Made by a program: the position numbers and the translations under genes
DNA from: an uncultured Actinomycetota bacterium
GTDB lineage: Bacteria > Actinomycetota > Actinomycetes > Propionibacteriales > Nocardioidaceae
Length of the DNA stretch: 64,000 nucleotides
Direction: 5' to 3'
Assembly (NCBI GenBank): GCA_963784485.1
Contig: CAWARH010000006.1
Coordinates: forward strand, 580,298-644,297
The notes under the pieces: generated by a model
What the model was told of the DNA's origin: nothing
Seen by the model: the letters and a program-made list of their open reading frames with translations, nothing else
The model's database searches: none
Part shown: positions 34,951-42,859 of the stretch, in pieces
Layout: each line of letters begins with the position of its first letter
Numbering within the stretch: the stretch's first letter is position 1

Positions 34951-36192
34951 TCAGCCGAGGGGGACGAGGCGGCTGAAGGCGTTGCGGAGCTCACGCTGTC
35001 GGGCCGGGTTGAGGTTGACTGCCACCGTGCCCACGTGGTCGCCGACGCGGTGGTAGGTGAGCAGGGCCCCCGCGGCCAGGTCGTCGAGGTCGCCTCCGAC
35101 CAGGCGCACCTCGTCGCCGAGGCCCGGGGAGCCGAAGCTCTGGAGGCGAAGGTCGAGCTGGTCGCTCCAGAAGGACGGGACCGGTGCGAACACCGAGGCG
35201 GGCAGGGTTTCGCCGCGCAGCCGGGCGGTCAGCGTCGCAGCGGCGCGCTTGGCGGTGTCGGTAGGGGTGGACCAGTGCTCGACCCGACGGGGGACGTCGT
35301 CGAGGAGCGGGTTGGGGAACCGCGCGATGTCACCGGCCGCGACCACCCCCGGTGCGCCCACGACCTCGAGGTGGTTGTCACACAGCACCCCGTCGGTGAG
35401 GTCGACCTCGGTGTTGCCGTCGAGCCATTCGCTGTTGCACACCGACCCGACCGACTCCACCACGACGTCGGCCGGGAGCTCGCGGCCGTCGCCGAGGACG
35501 ACACCGCCGACCCGGCCCTCCGGGCCGGCGTCGCCGGTGCCCGTGAAGCCCGTGACGGCGACGTCGACCTCGAAGGTGATGCCTCGGGCAGCGAGGTGGC
35601 GCTGCACGCCGCGCGCGAGCCCGGCACCCAGGACGCGCTCCATGGGGGCGCCGAACGGCTCGACGACCGTGACCGCGCAACCGTGCTTGGTCAGCGTGCA
35701 CGCGGTCTCGACGCCGATGAAGCCCCCGCCGACGACGACGACCCTCTTGCCCGGTTCGAGCTCGCGGCGCAGCGCGACGGCGTCGTCGAGGGTCCGCAGC
35801 ACGAAACGCCCTCGGGCGGGACCGGGCAGCGACAGCCGCCGGGGTCGAAGCCCCGTGGCCACGACGAGGCCGTCGTAGCCGAGGCTCTCTCCGTCGTCGA
35901 GGTGGACCTGTCTGCCCCGGAGGTCGACCCGCGCAGCTCGGCGACGCAGCACGAAGTCGACGTCGTCGACCGAAGGACGACGACGCAGGACCACCATGCC
36001 GTGCAGCCTCGCGAGGTCCGAGTCGCCCGGATCTGCGAGGACCTCCTTGGACAGCGGGGGCCGGTTGTACGGCAGGTGGGGCTCCTCGCCGACGACGGTG
36101 ACCGGGCCGGCGTGTCCTGCGGCCCGCAGCTGCTCGGCAGCACGGAGCCCGGCAAGGGACGCACCGACGACGACCACGCGGGAGGCGGGCAT
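34951..36192 (-). CDS. FAD/NAD(P)H ferredoxin reductase
   Basis: VVVVGASLAGLRAAEQLR and a second Rossmann motif VVVVGGGFIGVE; putidaredoxin-reductase-like. Confidence 0.8.
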   Translation of the reverse strand: MPASRVVVVGASLAGLRAAEQLRAAGHAGPVTVVGEEPHLPYNRPPLSKEVLADPGDSDLARLHGMVVLRRRPSVDDVDFVLRRRAARVDLRGRQVHLDDGESLGYDGLVVATGLRPRRLSLPGPARGRFVLRTLDDAVALRRELEPGKRVVVVGGGFIGVETACTLTKHGCAVTVVEPFGAPMERVLGAGLARGVQRHLAARGITFEVDVAVTGFTGTGDAGPEGRVGGVVLGDGRELPADVVVESVGSVCNSEWLDGNTEVDLTDGVLCDNHLEVVGAPGVVAAGDIARFPNPLLDDVPRRVEHWSTPTDTAKRAAATLTARLRGETLPASVFAPVPSFWSDQLDLRLQSFGSPGLGDEVRLVGGDLDDLAAGALLTYHRVGDHVGTVAVNLNPARQRELRNAFSRLVPLG

Positions 36193-36193
36193 G

Positions 36194-36382
36194 TCAGTCC
36201 TGGAGCTCGATCGCCTGGACAGGGCATACGTCGGCGGCCTCCTCGACCTCGAAGCGCTGCGACTCCTCCGCCTCGGTCTGGTGCTCGAGCTTGCCGTCCT
36301 CGTTGATGCGGAAGACGTCGGGGGCCGCGATGGCGCACTGGCCGTGGTCCTGGCAGCGGGTCCTGTCGACGGTGATGTGCAC
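36194..36382 (-). CDS. small 3Fe-4S-type ferredoxin
   Basis: 62 aa: MHITVDRTRCQDHGQCAIAAPDVF...ADVCPVQAI. One nt separates it from the reductase start. Confidence 0.8.
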   Translation of the reverse strand: MHITVDRTRCQDHGQCAIAAPDVFRINEDGKLEHQTEAEESQRFEVEEAADVCPVQAIELQD

Positions 36383-36457
36383 GTGTGCTCCTCGGATGGT
36401 GTGGCGGGGGTGCTGCGGGCGCCTGCGACGGCTTCGCCGCCCGCGGCAGGATCGGGT

Positions 36458-37660
36458 TCAGTCGCTGAGGTCGAAGGCGACCGGCAGGCTCAGCGGGCCG
36501 GTGTTGCCCGAGTCCGAGAGCCAGGTCGCCTCGCCGCCGAAGCGGACGTGGGGCATCCTCCGGGCAAGCAGGGGCAGTGCCTCGCTCATGTCGCTGCGGG
36601 CCACGAAGTGCCCCAGGCAGTGGTGGGCGCCGCCACCGAAGCCGAAGTGCGGCTTCCGCTCCGCGGTGATGTCGAAGCTCGGCTCACCGAAGGCGCGGGG
36701 GTCGGTTCCCGCGGACTCGCTGTACAGGTGGACGGTGGTGCCCTGCTCGATCGTGAGCCCCTCGAACTCGAAGGTCACCAGTGCCTCGCGGCTCACCCAG
36801 CGCACCGTCGGGTTGACCCGCATCACCTCCTCGACGGCCTTGGCGCCGAGCTCGGGCCTCTCGGCCAGCAGCCTCCACTGGTCGGGGTGCTCGATGAAGG
36901 TCTGCAGGGCGAGGCCGAGCTGGTTGCGCGTGGTGTCGAAGCCCCCGAAGATCAGCAGCACGAGGGCATCACGAAGCTCTCGGTCCGACAACGAGTCATT
37001 GGCCCGGTGCGCCTCGACCAGCCGGGTGACGAAGTCATCCTGGGGACGGGTGTGCCGGTCCTCGATCAGGGCGTCGGCGTAGCTGTACAGCCGTTCGAGA
37101 GCGGCTTCGATCCGCGGGAGGTCACGCTTGAACGTGACACCGAGGGCCAGCCCGATCGTGACCGAGTCGCGTGCGATCACCGGCCACTCGGCCTCGTCGA
37201 TGCCGAGCATGATCGCGATGACGCGCGCGGCGTAGGGCTCGGCGAACTCGCTGACGAACTCGCACCGACCCGGCTCGGCGAAGTTGTCGACGAGCTCGGC
37301 CGCCAGCGCCTGGAAGCGGGGCACCAGCCCGCCGATGAGCTTGGGGGAGAACGCCGGGTTGAGCAGGCGGCGCAGCCGGTGGTGCTCCTCGCCTTCCTTG
37401 TTGAGGATCCAGCTGTCGAACCACTCCGCGAAGGGACCTTCGGTCACGCCGTTGTGGCGGGGCCACGAGACGCTGCCCTGACGCAGCTTCGGGTGCTTGA
37501 GCAGCCTGCTCACCTCGTCGTAGCGGAGGACCGCGATGCCGTAGGTGGTGCGGGCGAACCAGCTCTCCTCGCGCGCAGCCTTCACCACGTCGGAGGTGAT
37601 GGAGAAACCAGGGTCGGCGACGTCGAGCATCGGGGCGTTCATGAGGGCGAGCGTGGACAT
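36458..37660 (-). CDS. cytochrome P450 monooxygenase
   Basis: Heme-thiolate loop FGFGGGAHHCLG, the EXXR motif (EEVMR) and I-helix GGFDTT. Confidence 0.9.
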   Translation of the reverse strand: MSTLALMNAPMLDVADPGFSITSDVVKAAREESWFARTTYGIAVLRYDEVSRLLKHPKLRQGSVSWPRHNGVTEGPFAEWFDSWILNKEGEEHHRLRRLLNPAFSPKLIGGLVPRFQALAAELVDNFAEPGRCEFVSEFAEPYAARVIAIMLGIDEAEWPVIARDSVTIGLALGVTFKRDLPRIEAALERLYSYADALIEDRHTRPQDDFVTRLVEAHRANDSLSDRELRDALVLLIFGGFDTTRNQLGLALQTFIEHPDQWRLLAERPELGAKAVEEVMRVNPTVRWVSREALVTFEFEGLTIEQGTTVHLYSESAGTDPRAFGEPSFDITAERKPHFGFGGGAHHCLGHFVARSDMSEALPLLARRMPHVRFGGEATWLSDSGNTGPLSLPVAFDLSD

Positions 37661-37690
37661 CGGCGACTCCGGAGGGTGGGGGCTTCGCCA

Positions 37691-37720
37691 AATCCTCTAA
37701 CTTTGGAGGATTGAAGTCAA
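37691..37720 (-). promoter_or_regulatory. AT-richer inverted repeat AATCCTC-N8-GAGGATT with a candidate -35 TTGACT just upstream of the P450 gene
   Basis: Inverted-repeat arms at 37691-37697 and 37706-37712. On the minus strand TTGACT (37715-37720) is followed 17 nt later by GAGGAT. The P450 ATG is at 37660 with a ggag SD. Confidence 0.3.
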
Positions 37721-38448
37721 GAGGATGCTCCGGACCGGCTCGCCACCACCCACCCGGTGCCGTCGATCACTTCGCTCACCGTCGTGAACCCGGTGCCGCC
37801 GCTCAGGGGGTGCGTCGGCAACCGGTCGCCGGGGATCCAGCGTGCCGAGTTGCTCATCACGACCTGCCGGTCGGCATTGACCACCACGGTCTCCGTCTCG
37901 ACGCGGTTGAGCACCGGGACCAGCTCCACCTCCATCCGCGTCATCAGCAGGTCCGCCCCTGCCACGCCGACGAACCGGCCCTCGTGGACGACCGGCAGCG
38001 ACAGGGTCATCACGAACTGGTCGGAGCCGGAGTAGTCGACATAGGGGCCGTAGAGGACCGGCCGGCGGTCCGCCTCGGCCTTGGTGTACCAGTCCATGTC
38101 CAGGTAGTCGTAGACGTTGACGTCACCGGCGTCGAAGTTCAGCTTCAGCCGCCTGGTCCCTCGCTCCCCGCGCTGGAACCAGTAGAGGTACCGCTCCCGG
38201 CCTTCGACCACCCCCGGCGCGGCGACGAACCCGTAGCCGAAGGCGGCGTCGGCGCCGTCGAGCCAACCGTGGGCCAGCTCCCCGACCGGCCGCAGCGCGG
38301 CCTCGTGGAGGGTCGCCTCCGCGCCCCGGACACCGGCGAGAGCCTCGCCCACACGGCTCCCCACCAGCTGCAGCCGCTCGAGGTGGTGTGTCACGACCCC
38401 CCTGAGGTGGTCGCGCGCGAGCTCGTGGTTCGTGGGCACGGCCTTCAC
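37717..38448 (-). CDS. soluble Cache-domain protein
   Basis: Cache hallmark PVLYGPYVDYSGSDQFVMTLSLPVVHEGRFVGVAGADLLMTRME. No TM or signal segment. GTGA overlap with the GntR stop. Confidence 0.6.
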   Translation of the reverse strand: MKAVPTNHELARDHLRGVVTHHLERLQLVGSRVGEALAGVRGAEATLHEAALRPVGELAHGWLDGADAAFGYGFVAAPGVVEGRERYLYWFQRGERGTRRLKLNFDAGDVNVYDYLDMDWYTKAEADRRPVLYGPYVDYSGSDQFVMTLSLPVVHEGRFVGVAGADLLMTRMEVELVPVLNRVETETVVVNADRQVVMSNSARWIPGDRLPTHPLSGGTGFTTVSEVIDGTGWVVASRSGASS

Positions 38449-39197
38449 GCGTCCGCCTCCTGACCCGGGCGGTCCACCACCGAGAGGTGGGTGGTGATGA
38501 TCCGTCGGAGGTTGCCGCGGACGTGCCGCTCAGCGGCTCTGCGCGCCCGCTCGCCATCCTCCTCGGCGATGGCGGTCGCGATCTCGTGGTGCTCACGACC
38601 CATCTCGGCGTGCTCGCTGCCGGCAACCGGCTCCAGCCACAGCAGTCCGGCCGTCTCCCCTTGGAGCCGGACCTCGGCCCTGGTCAGGCGCTCGGACTGC
38701 GAGGCCATCGCCACCTCGACATGGAAGCGGCTGTCCGCCTTGAGACGGGATCCTCGGGTGGTGGCCATGCTCATCTGGTCCACCATCGCAAACAACCGGC
38801 GGACCCCGGCGGCATTGCTCCGTTCCGCGGCGAGCCGTGCCGCTGCACCCGAGATCGCGGTCTGCTCGTCGGCGAGGTCGCGAAGCGCCGAGACCGTCAT
38901 CTCGGCGATCCTGCGCCGGTCCGGCCCCTCGGCCGGCTCGACGAACCGACGGACGAACGTGCCGCCGCTGCGACCGCGGCGGGTCTCGACCAGACCCCGT
39001 TCGCGCAGCTCTGCGATGGCGTCCCGCAGGGTCATCGGCGAGACGCCGAGCTGGTGGGCGAAGTCCACCTCGGACGGCAGCTGCTCCCCGTCCGCGAGCA
39101 GGCCGAGGTGGATGGCCTCGGTGAGCCGCAGCAGGATCTCCTCCGCCCGCCCGGCCGAGGCCAGGGGTGCGATCAGCGAGGCGCGTTCGTTGCCCAC
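38445..39197 (-). CDS. GntR-family (FadR/FCD-type) transcriptional regulator
   Basis: wHTH LPSEVDFAHQLGVSPMTLRDAIAELRERGLVETRRGRSGGTFV plus a helical FCD-like C-terminal domain. Confidence 0.8.
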   Translation of the reverse strand: MGNERASLIAPLASAGRAEEILLRLTEAIHLGLLADGEQLPSEVDFAHQLGVSPMTLRDAIAELRERGLVETRRGRSGGTFVRRFVEPAEGPDRRRIAEMTVSALRDLADEQTAISGAAARLAAERSNAAGVRRLFAMVDQMSMATTRGSRLKADSRFHVEVAMASQSERLTRAEVRLQGETAGLLWLEPVAGSEHAEMGREHHEIATAIAEEDGERARRAAERHVRGNLRRIITTHLSVVDRPGQEADA

Positions 39198-39276
39198 GCG
39201 CCCTCCTCTCGGGAACGGTCCAGGGCGGCTCGCCTGCTTCCAGGGGCCGGCCGCAGGGCACTACCCTGCCAGAATC

Positions 39277-39324
39277 CAAGGGGCGTGGACCCCTTGCGCA
39301 CAAAACCTACAACGCTATAGGTTT
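39277..39324. promoter_or_regulatory. two inverted repeats in the GntR/permease divergent region (CAAGGGG-N6-CCCCTTG; AAACCTA-N8-TAGGTTT)
   Basis: 39277-39296 and 39303-39324. The second is an AT-rich island in GC-rich DNA. Confidence 0.35.
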
Positions 39325-39415
39325 CCCGGCGAGGGCATCGCCGATGTCACTGCACACGAGCGGGACCGCGTCGTACGGGGCGCGACCGAGTTCCTCTGCT
39401 TCGAGGAGATCCTCC

Positions 39416-40936
39416 ATGCCAAGCCCAACTCCGTCGGTCGAGGATGACTACCTGCATCACCCCGACGCCGACGCCCACCACCTGAAGTCGCTGGGTTACC
39501 AGTCGGAGTTCAAGAGGGAGATGAGCCCTTGGGCGAACTTCTCGCTCGGCTTCACCTACCTCTCACCGGTCGTGGGGGTCTACAGCCTGTTCGCGATCGC
39601 GCTGATGTCCGGCGGGCCGCCGATGATCTGGAGCTTCGTGATCGTCGGTATCGGCCAGCTGCTCGTGGCGCTGATCTTCAGCGAGGTCGTCGCCCAGTAC
39701 CCGGTCGCGGGCGGGGTCTACCCCTGGGCCCGGCGACTGTGGGGACGCAAGTACGCGTGGATGACCGGGTGGGTCTACATGGTGGCGCTCCTGGTCACGA
39801 TCGCCTCGGTGAGCTACGGCGCCGGCCCCTACGTGGCCGCGGCCTTCGGGTTCCAGAGCAGTGTGAACACCACGATCGCCTGCGCCCTCGGCGTGCTGGC
39901 CATCGCCACGGTCATCAACATGCTGGGCACGAAGGTGCTTGCGATCGTGGCGATCTTCGGTTTCAGCGCTGAGCTGGTCGGCGCCCTCGTCGTGGGAGCG
40001 TGGTTGCTGCTGACGCACCGTGAGCACGGCCTCGGCGTCTTCTTCGACTCCTTCGGCACCGCCGGGGACGGGAACTACCTCTGGGCCTTCGCCGCAGCCG
40101 CCCTGATCGGGGTGTACCAGTACTACGGCTTCGAGGCGTGCGGCGACGTCGCCGAGGAGGTTCCCGACCCGGGCCGCCTGATCCCCAAGGCGATGCGCCG
40201 CACCATCTACATCGGAGGCGCGGCCGCCACCTTCATCGCCCTCTCCCTCACCCTCGCGGTGACCGACATCGGCGCGGTGGTCTCGGGCCAGGACACCGAC
40301 CCGGTCGGCACGTTGCTGACCGATGCCTTCGGCGGGGTGGGCTCGAGGATCGTGCTGATGATCGTCCTGATCTCCTTCGTGTCCTGCGCGATGAGCCTCC
40401 AGGCTGCCGCCAGCCGGCTGGCCTACTCCTACGGACGCGACGACATGATCATCGGCAGCTCCTTGCTCAAGAAGTTCTCGGCCACCCGTCACGTGCCGCC
40501 GTACGCGCTGCTCGTGGCGGCCGTCGTGCCGGCCGTCATCGTGATCGGCTCCAAGATCAGCGAGGACGCCCTCGTCAAGATCATCAGCTTCGCGGCCTTC
40601 GGGATCTACCTGGCCTTCCAGATGGTCGTCCTGGCGGCCCTGCGCGCGCGCCTTCGCGGATGGGTTCCCTCCGGCAAGTACTCGCTGGGCAGGTGGGGAC
40701 TGCCGGTCAACATCGCCGCCCTCGTCTATGGCGTCACCGCGATGGTCAACATGGCGTGGCCGCGCACGCCGGACGTGGCCTGGTACGACAACTGGATCGT
40801 CTGGTTGTCGGCAGCGCTGGTCGTGGGTCTCGGCCTCGTCTACATGGCGGTGCACCGCAGCTACGGCCGCAGCGACGCGCCGTACGACGACGCCATTCCC
40901 AGGCTCTCGCAGGAACGCGCCACCGCCGTCAGGTGA
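39416..40936 (+). CDS. APC-superfamily amino acid/polyamine permease
   Basis: About 12 TM segments, N-terminal LGYQSEFKREMSPWANFSLGFTYLSPV and GGVYPWARR. ATG 39416 is preceded by a gaggag SD. Confidence 0.8.
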   Translation: MPSPTPSVEDDYLHHPDADAHHLKSLGYQSEFKREMSPWANFSLGFTYLSPVVGVYSLFAIALMSGGPPMIWSFVIVGIGQLLVALIFSEVVAQYPVAGGVYPWARRLWGRKYAWMTGWVYMVALLVTIASVSYGAGPYVAAAFGFQSSVNTTIACALGVLAIATVINMLGTKVLAIVAIFGFSAELVGALVVGAWLLLTHREHGLGVFFDSFGTAGDGNYLWAFAAAALIGVYQYYGFEACGDVAEEVPDPGRLIPKAMRRTIYIGGAAATFIALSLTLAVTDIGAVVSGQDTDPVGTLLTDAFGGVGSRIVLMIVLISFVSCAMSLQAAASRLAYSYGRDDMIIGSSLLKKFSATRHVPPYALLVAAVVPAVIVIGSKISEDALVKIISFAAFGIYLAFQMVVLAALRARLRGWVPSGKYSLGRWGLPVNIAALVYGVTAMVNMAWPRTPDVAWYDNWIVWLSAALVVGLGLVYMAVHRSYGRSDAPYDDAIPRLSQERATAVR

Positions 40937-40946
40937 GCCAGCGCCT

Positions 40947-40981
40947 CAGGGGGGTCACCTGCACGAAGGGTGACCCCCCTG
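40947..40981. terminator. bidirectional hairpin terminator, perfect 13-bp stem (CAGGGGGGTCACC-N9-GGTGACCCCCCTG)
   Basis: Lies between the convergent stops at 40936 (+) and 41029 (-). No U-tract. Confidence 0.5.
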
Positions 40982-41028
40982 ACGCGCAACCGGGTCAGGT
41001 CCGGGCGCAATGACGCCGTCCCGCCTGA

Positions 41029-41976
41029 TCACCCGATGTTGTACATCGCCCTGGCCTCCGCCTGCGTCGCGATCGGCCTACCGACGTCGCGTGCGATCTC
41101 CTGCGCCTGCTGCAGGAGCTCGAGGTTCGTGGGGTTTCGCTCCGGGTCGTAGAACAGCTCCAGGCCCGTCTTGATGTGCCCCCCGAGCTCGATCGCCCGG
41201 CGGAGGACCGCCGTGTCGTCGAGCGCCCCCTGCCCCCAGATCGAGATGTACCAGGGGTGCTTCACCTTGGCCTCCTCGATCATCGAGAGGTAGTAGTACA
41301 GGCTCTCCAGGCTGGGCTTCATGCCGTTGGTGCCGATGGGCTCGGTGGCGGTCAGGCCGTAGTCGCCGATCAGGTAGAAGTCCCACATCGAACCCCGCGT
41401 CGTCATGCCCTGGTTCACGTAGTGCATCGCATGGCGGAGATGGCCAGGTTCGTAGACGCCGAAGACCATGGCCAGGTCACGCTCGCGGAACATGCGCACC
41501 TGGCTGGCGACGCGCTGGTAGTTGAAGCCGAACTCGGGGCCCGAGAGGTAGCCCTCCTCGTCGACCTCGGTGGCGAACAGCGTGAGACCCGTGTCGACGC
41601 AGCCGATCCGGACGTTGGCACCCTCGTAGAGGAAGGGCACGTGCTCGAGGCCGTTCTCGTGCGGGAGCAGGCGCAGGTTGTTGCACGTGGTGGGGTACCA
41701 CGTGATGTCCGGGTGCCTCTCCAGCACGCTCGACCACGTGCGCATGTAGTCCTTGTAGGCGTTCTCCCCGAGGAGGTCGAAGCTGGTGTTGTGGGCATGG
41801 ATGGCCCCGGCGCCGGCCTCCCAGCACCGGACCGCGTCTTCGGCGATCTCTTCGTAGCTGGTCGGAGTGTGAGGGTTCATCTCCTTCGTGCGGACCCCGT
41901 TGATGTGCGACTCGATGACGACAGGGTCCTCCCACGTCGGCTTCATCTCGGCGTACCTGTCCAGAGCGGTGGTCAT
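41029..41976 (-). CDS. BKACE-family (DUF849) 3-keto-5-aminohexanoate cleavage-like enzyme
   Basis: MTTALDRYAEMKPTWEDPVVIESHINGVRTKEMNPHTPTSYEEIAEDAVRCWEAGAGAIHAHN is the typical Kce/BKACE N-terminus in a TIM-barrel-length protein. ATG 41976 has a aaggag SD. Confidence 0.7.
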   Translation of the reverse strand: MTTALDRYAEMKPTWEDPVVIESHINGVRTKEMNPHTPTSYEEIAEDAVRCWEAGAGAIHAHNTSFDLLGENAYKDYMRTWSSVLERHPDITWYPTTCNNLRLLPHENGLEHVPFLYEGANVRIGCVDTGLTLFATEVDEEGYLSGPEFGFNYQRVASQVRMFRERDLAMVFGVYEPGHLRHAMHYVNQGMTTRGSMWDFYLIGDYGLTATEPIGTNGMKPSLESLYYYLSMIEEAKVKHPWYISIWGQGALDDTAVLRRAIELGGHIKTGLELFYDPERNPTNLELLQQAQEIARDVGRPIATQAEARAMYNIG

Positions 41977-42029
41977 GCGATCTCCTTGTTCTGGCGGACT
42001 GCTGCGCGCCGGCACGGAAACGAGAGGGT

Positions 42030-42043
42030 AAGTATTCATATAC
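42030..42043. promoter_or_regulatory. short AT-rich palindrome AGTAT-tcat-ATACT in the BKACE/TetR divergent region
   Basis: Only 5-bp arms, within the AT-rich stretch taagtattcatatactgcacgttcattcat. Confidence 0.25.
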
Positions 42044-42111
42044 TGCACGTTCATTCATAGGATGAGCGCGGGGACCCCGCGTGTCAAGACCTCCCGTGGG
42101 AGCATGGGCGC

Positions 42112-42732
42112 ATGCCAGACCCAGCGCCGTCTCCACTGCCAGCGCGTCGTGGTCCTGGACGCCCGGGCTACGACCAGCAGACCGTTCTCCGGCGGGCCAT
42201 CGAGCTGTTCAACGAGCAGGGGTACGACGCGACGAGCATCGGCGACCTGGCCAGGGACCTGGGGCTGACCAAGTCGGCGATCTACCACCACGTGCCGAGC
42301 AAGGAGTCGCTGTTGGCTGCCGCCCTCGACGAGGCGCTCGACGAGCTGACGAGGGCGATCGAGTCGGCTGTCGCCAGCGAAGGCACCACCGCATCGGAGC
42401 GACTGCGGACCGCCATCCACCGCTCGGTGGAGATCCTGGTCGAGCACCTGCCCGCCGTCACGTTGCTGCTCCGGGTGCGCGGCAACAGCGAGGTCGAGAC
42501 CATCGCTCTCCAACGGCGACGCGCTCTCGACGAGCAGCTCGCCTGTCTGGTGAAGGACGCCGCTGCGGAGGGCACGGTCCGCTCCGACATCCAGCCGGAG
42601 CTGATCAGCCGGCTGCTCTTCGGCATGGTGAACTCACTCGTCGAGTGGTACCGGCCCGGCGGCCCGCTCGACAGCGACGTCCTCGCTCGAACGATCTCCA
42701 GCTTCGCGTTCGAGGGGTTGAGCCGGTCCTGA
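42112..42732 (+). CDS. TetR-family transcriptional regulator
   Basis: HTH YDATSIGDLARDLGLTKSAIYHHVPSKESLL. Confidence 0.85.
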   Translation: MPDPAPSPLPARRGPGRPGYDQQTVLRRAIELFNEQGYDATSIGDLARDLGLTKSAIYHHVPSKESLLAAALDEALDELTRAIESAVASEGTTASERLRTAIHRSVEILVEHLPAVTLLLRVRGNSEVETIALQRRRALDEQLACLVKDAAAEGTVRSDIQPELISRLLFGMVNSLVEWYRPGGPLDSDVLARTISSFAFEGLSRS

Positions 42733-42859
42733 CCCGGGACGACCCGGCCCTCGAGCTCCTCGACGCACCCCGGTGGGAGGTTGTGGAATGGTGCGCAGAC
42801 CTCACCGGGTTTCCGACTCAGCCGCGGGAGCCTCCATCGGCTAAGAGGAGGCGCGACGG

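Noticed and set aside
39325-39415. ~90-nt leader of the APC permease as a possible riboswitch
   Set aside because: I could not match any riboswitch consensus (glycine, lysine, TPP, SAM and others) by eye. It would need Rfam/Infernal.
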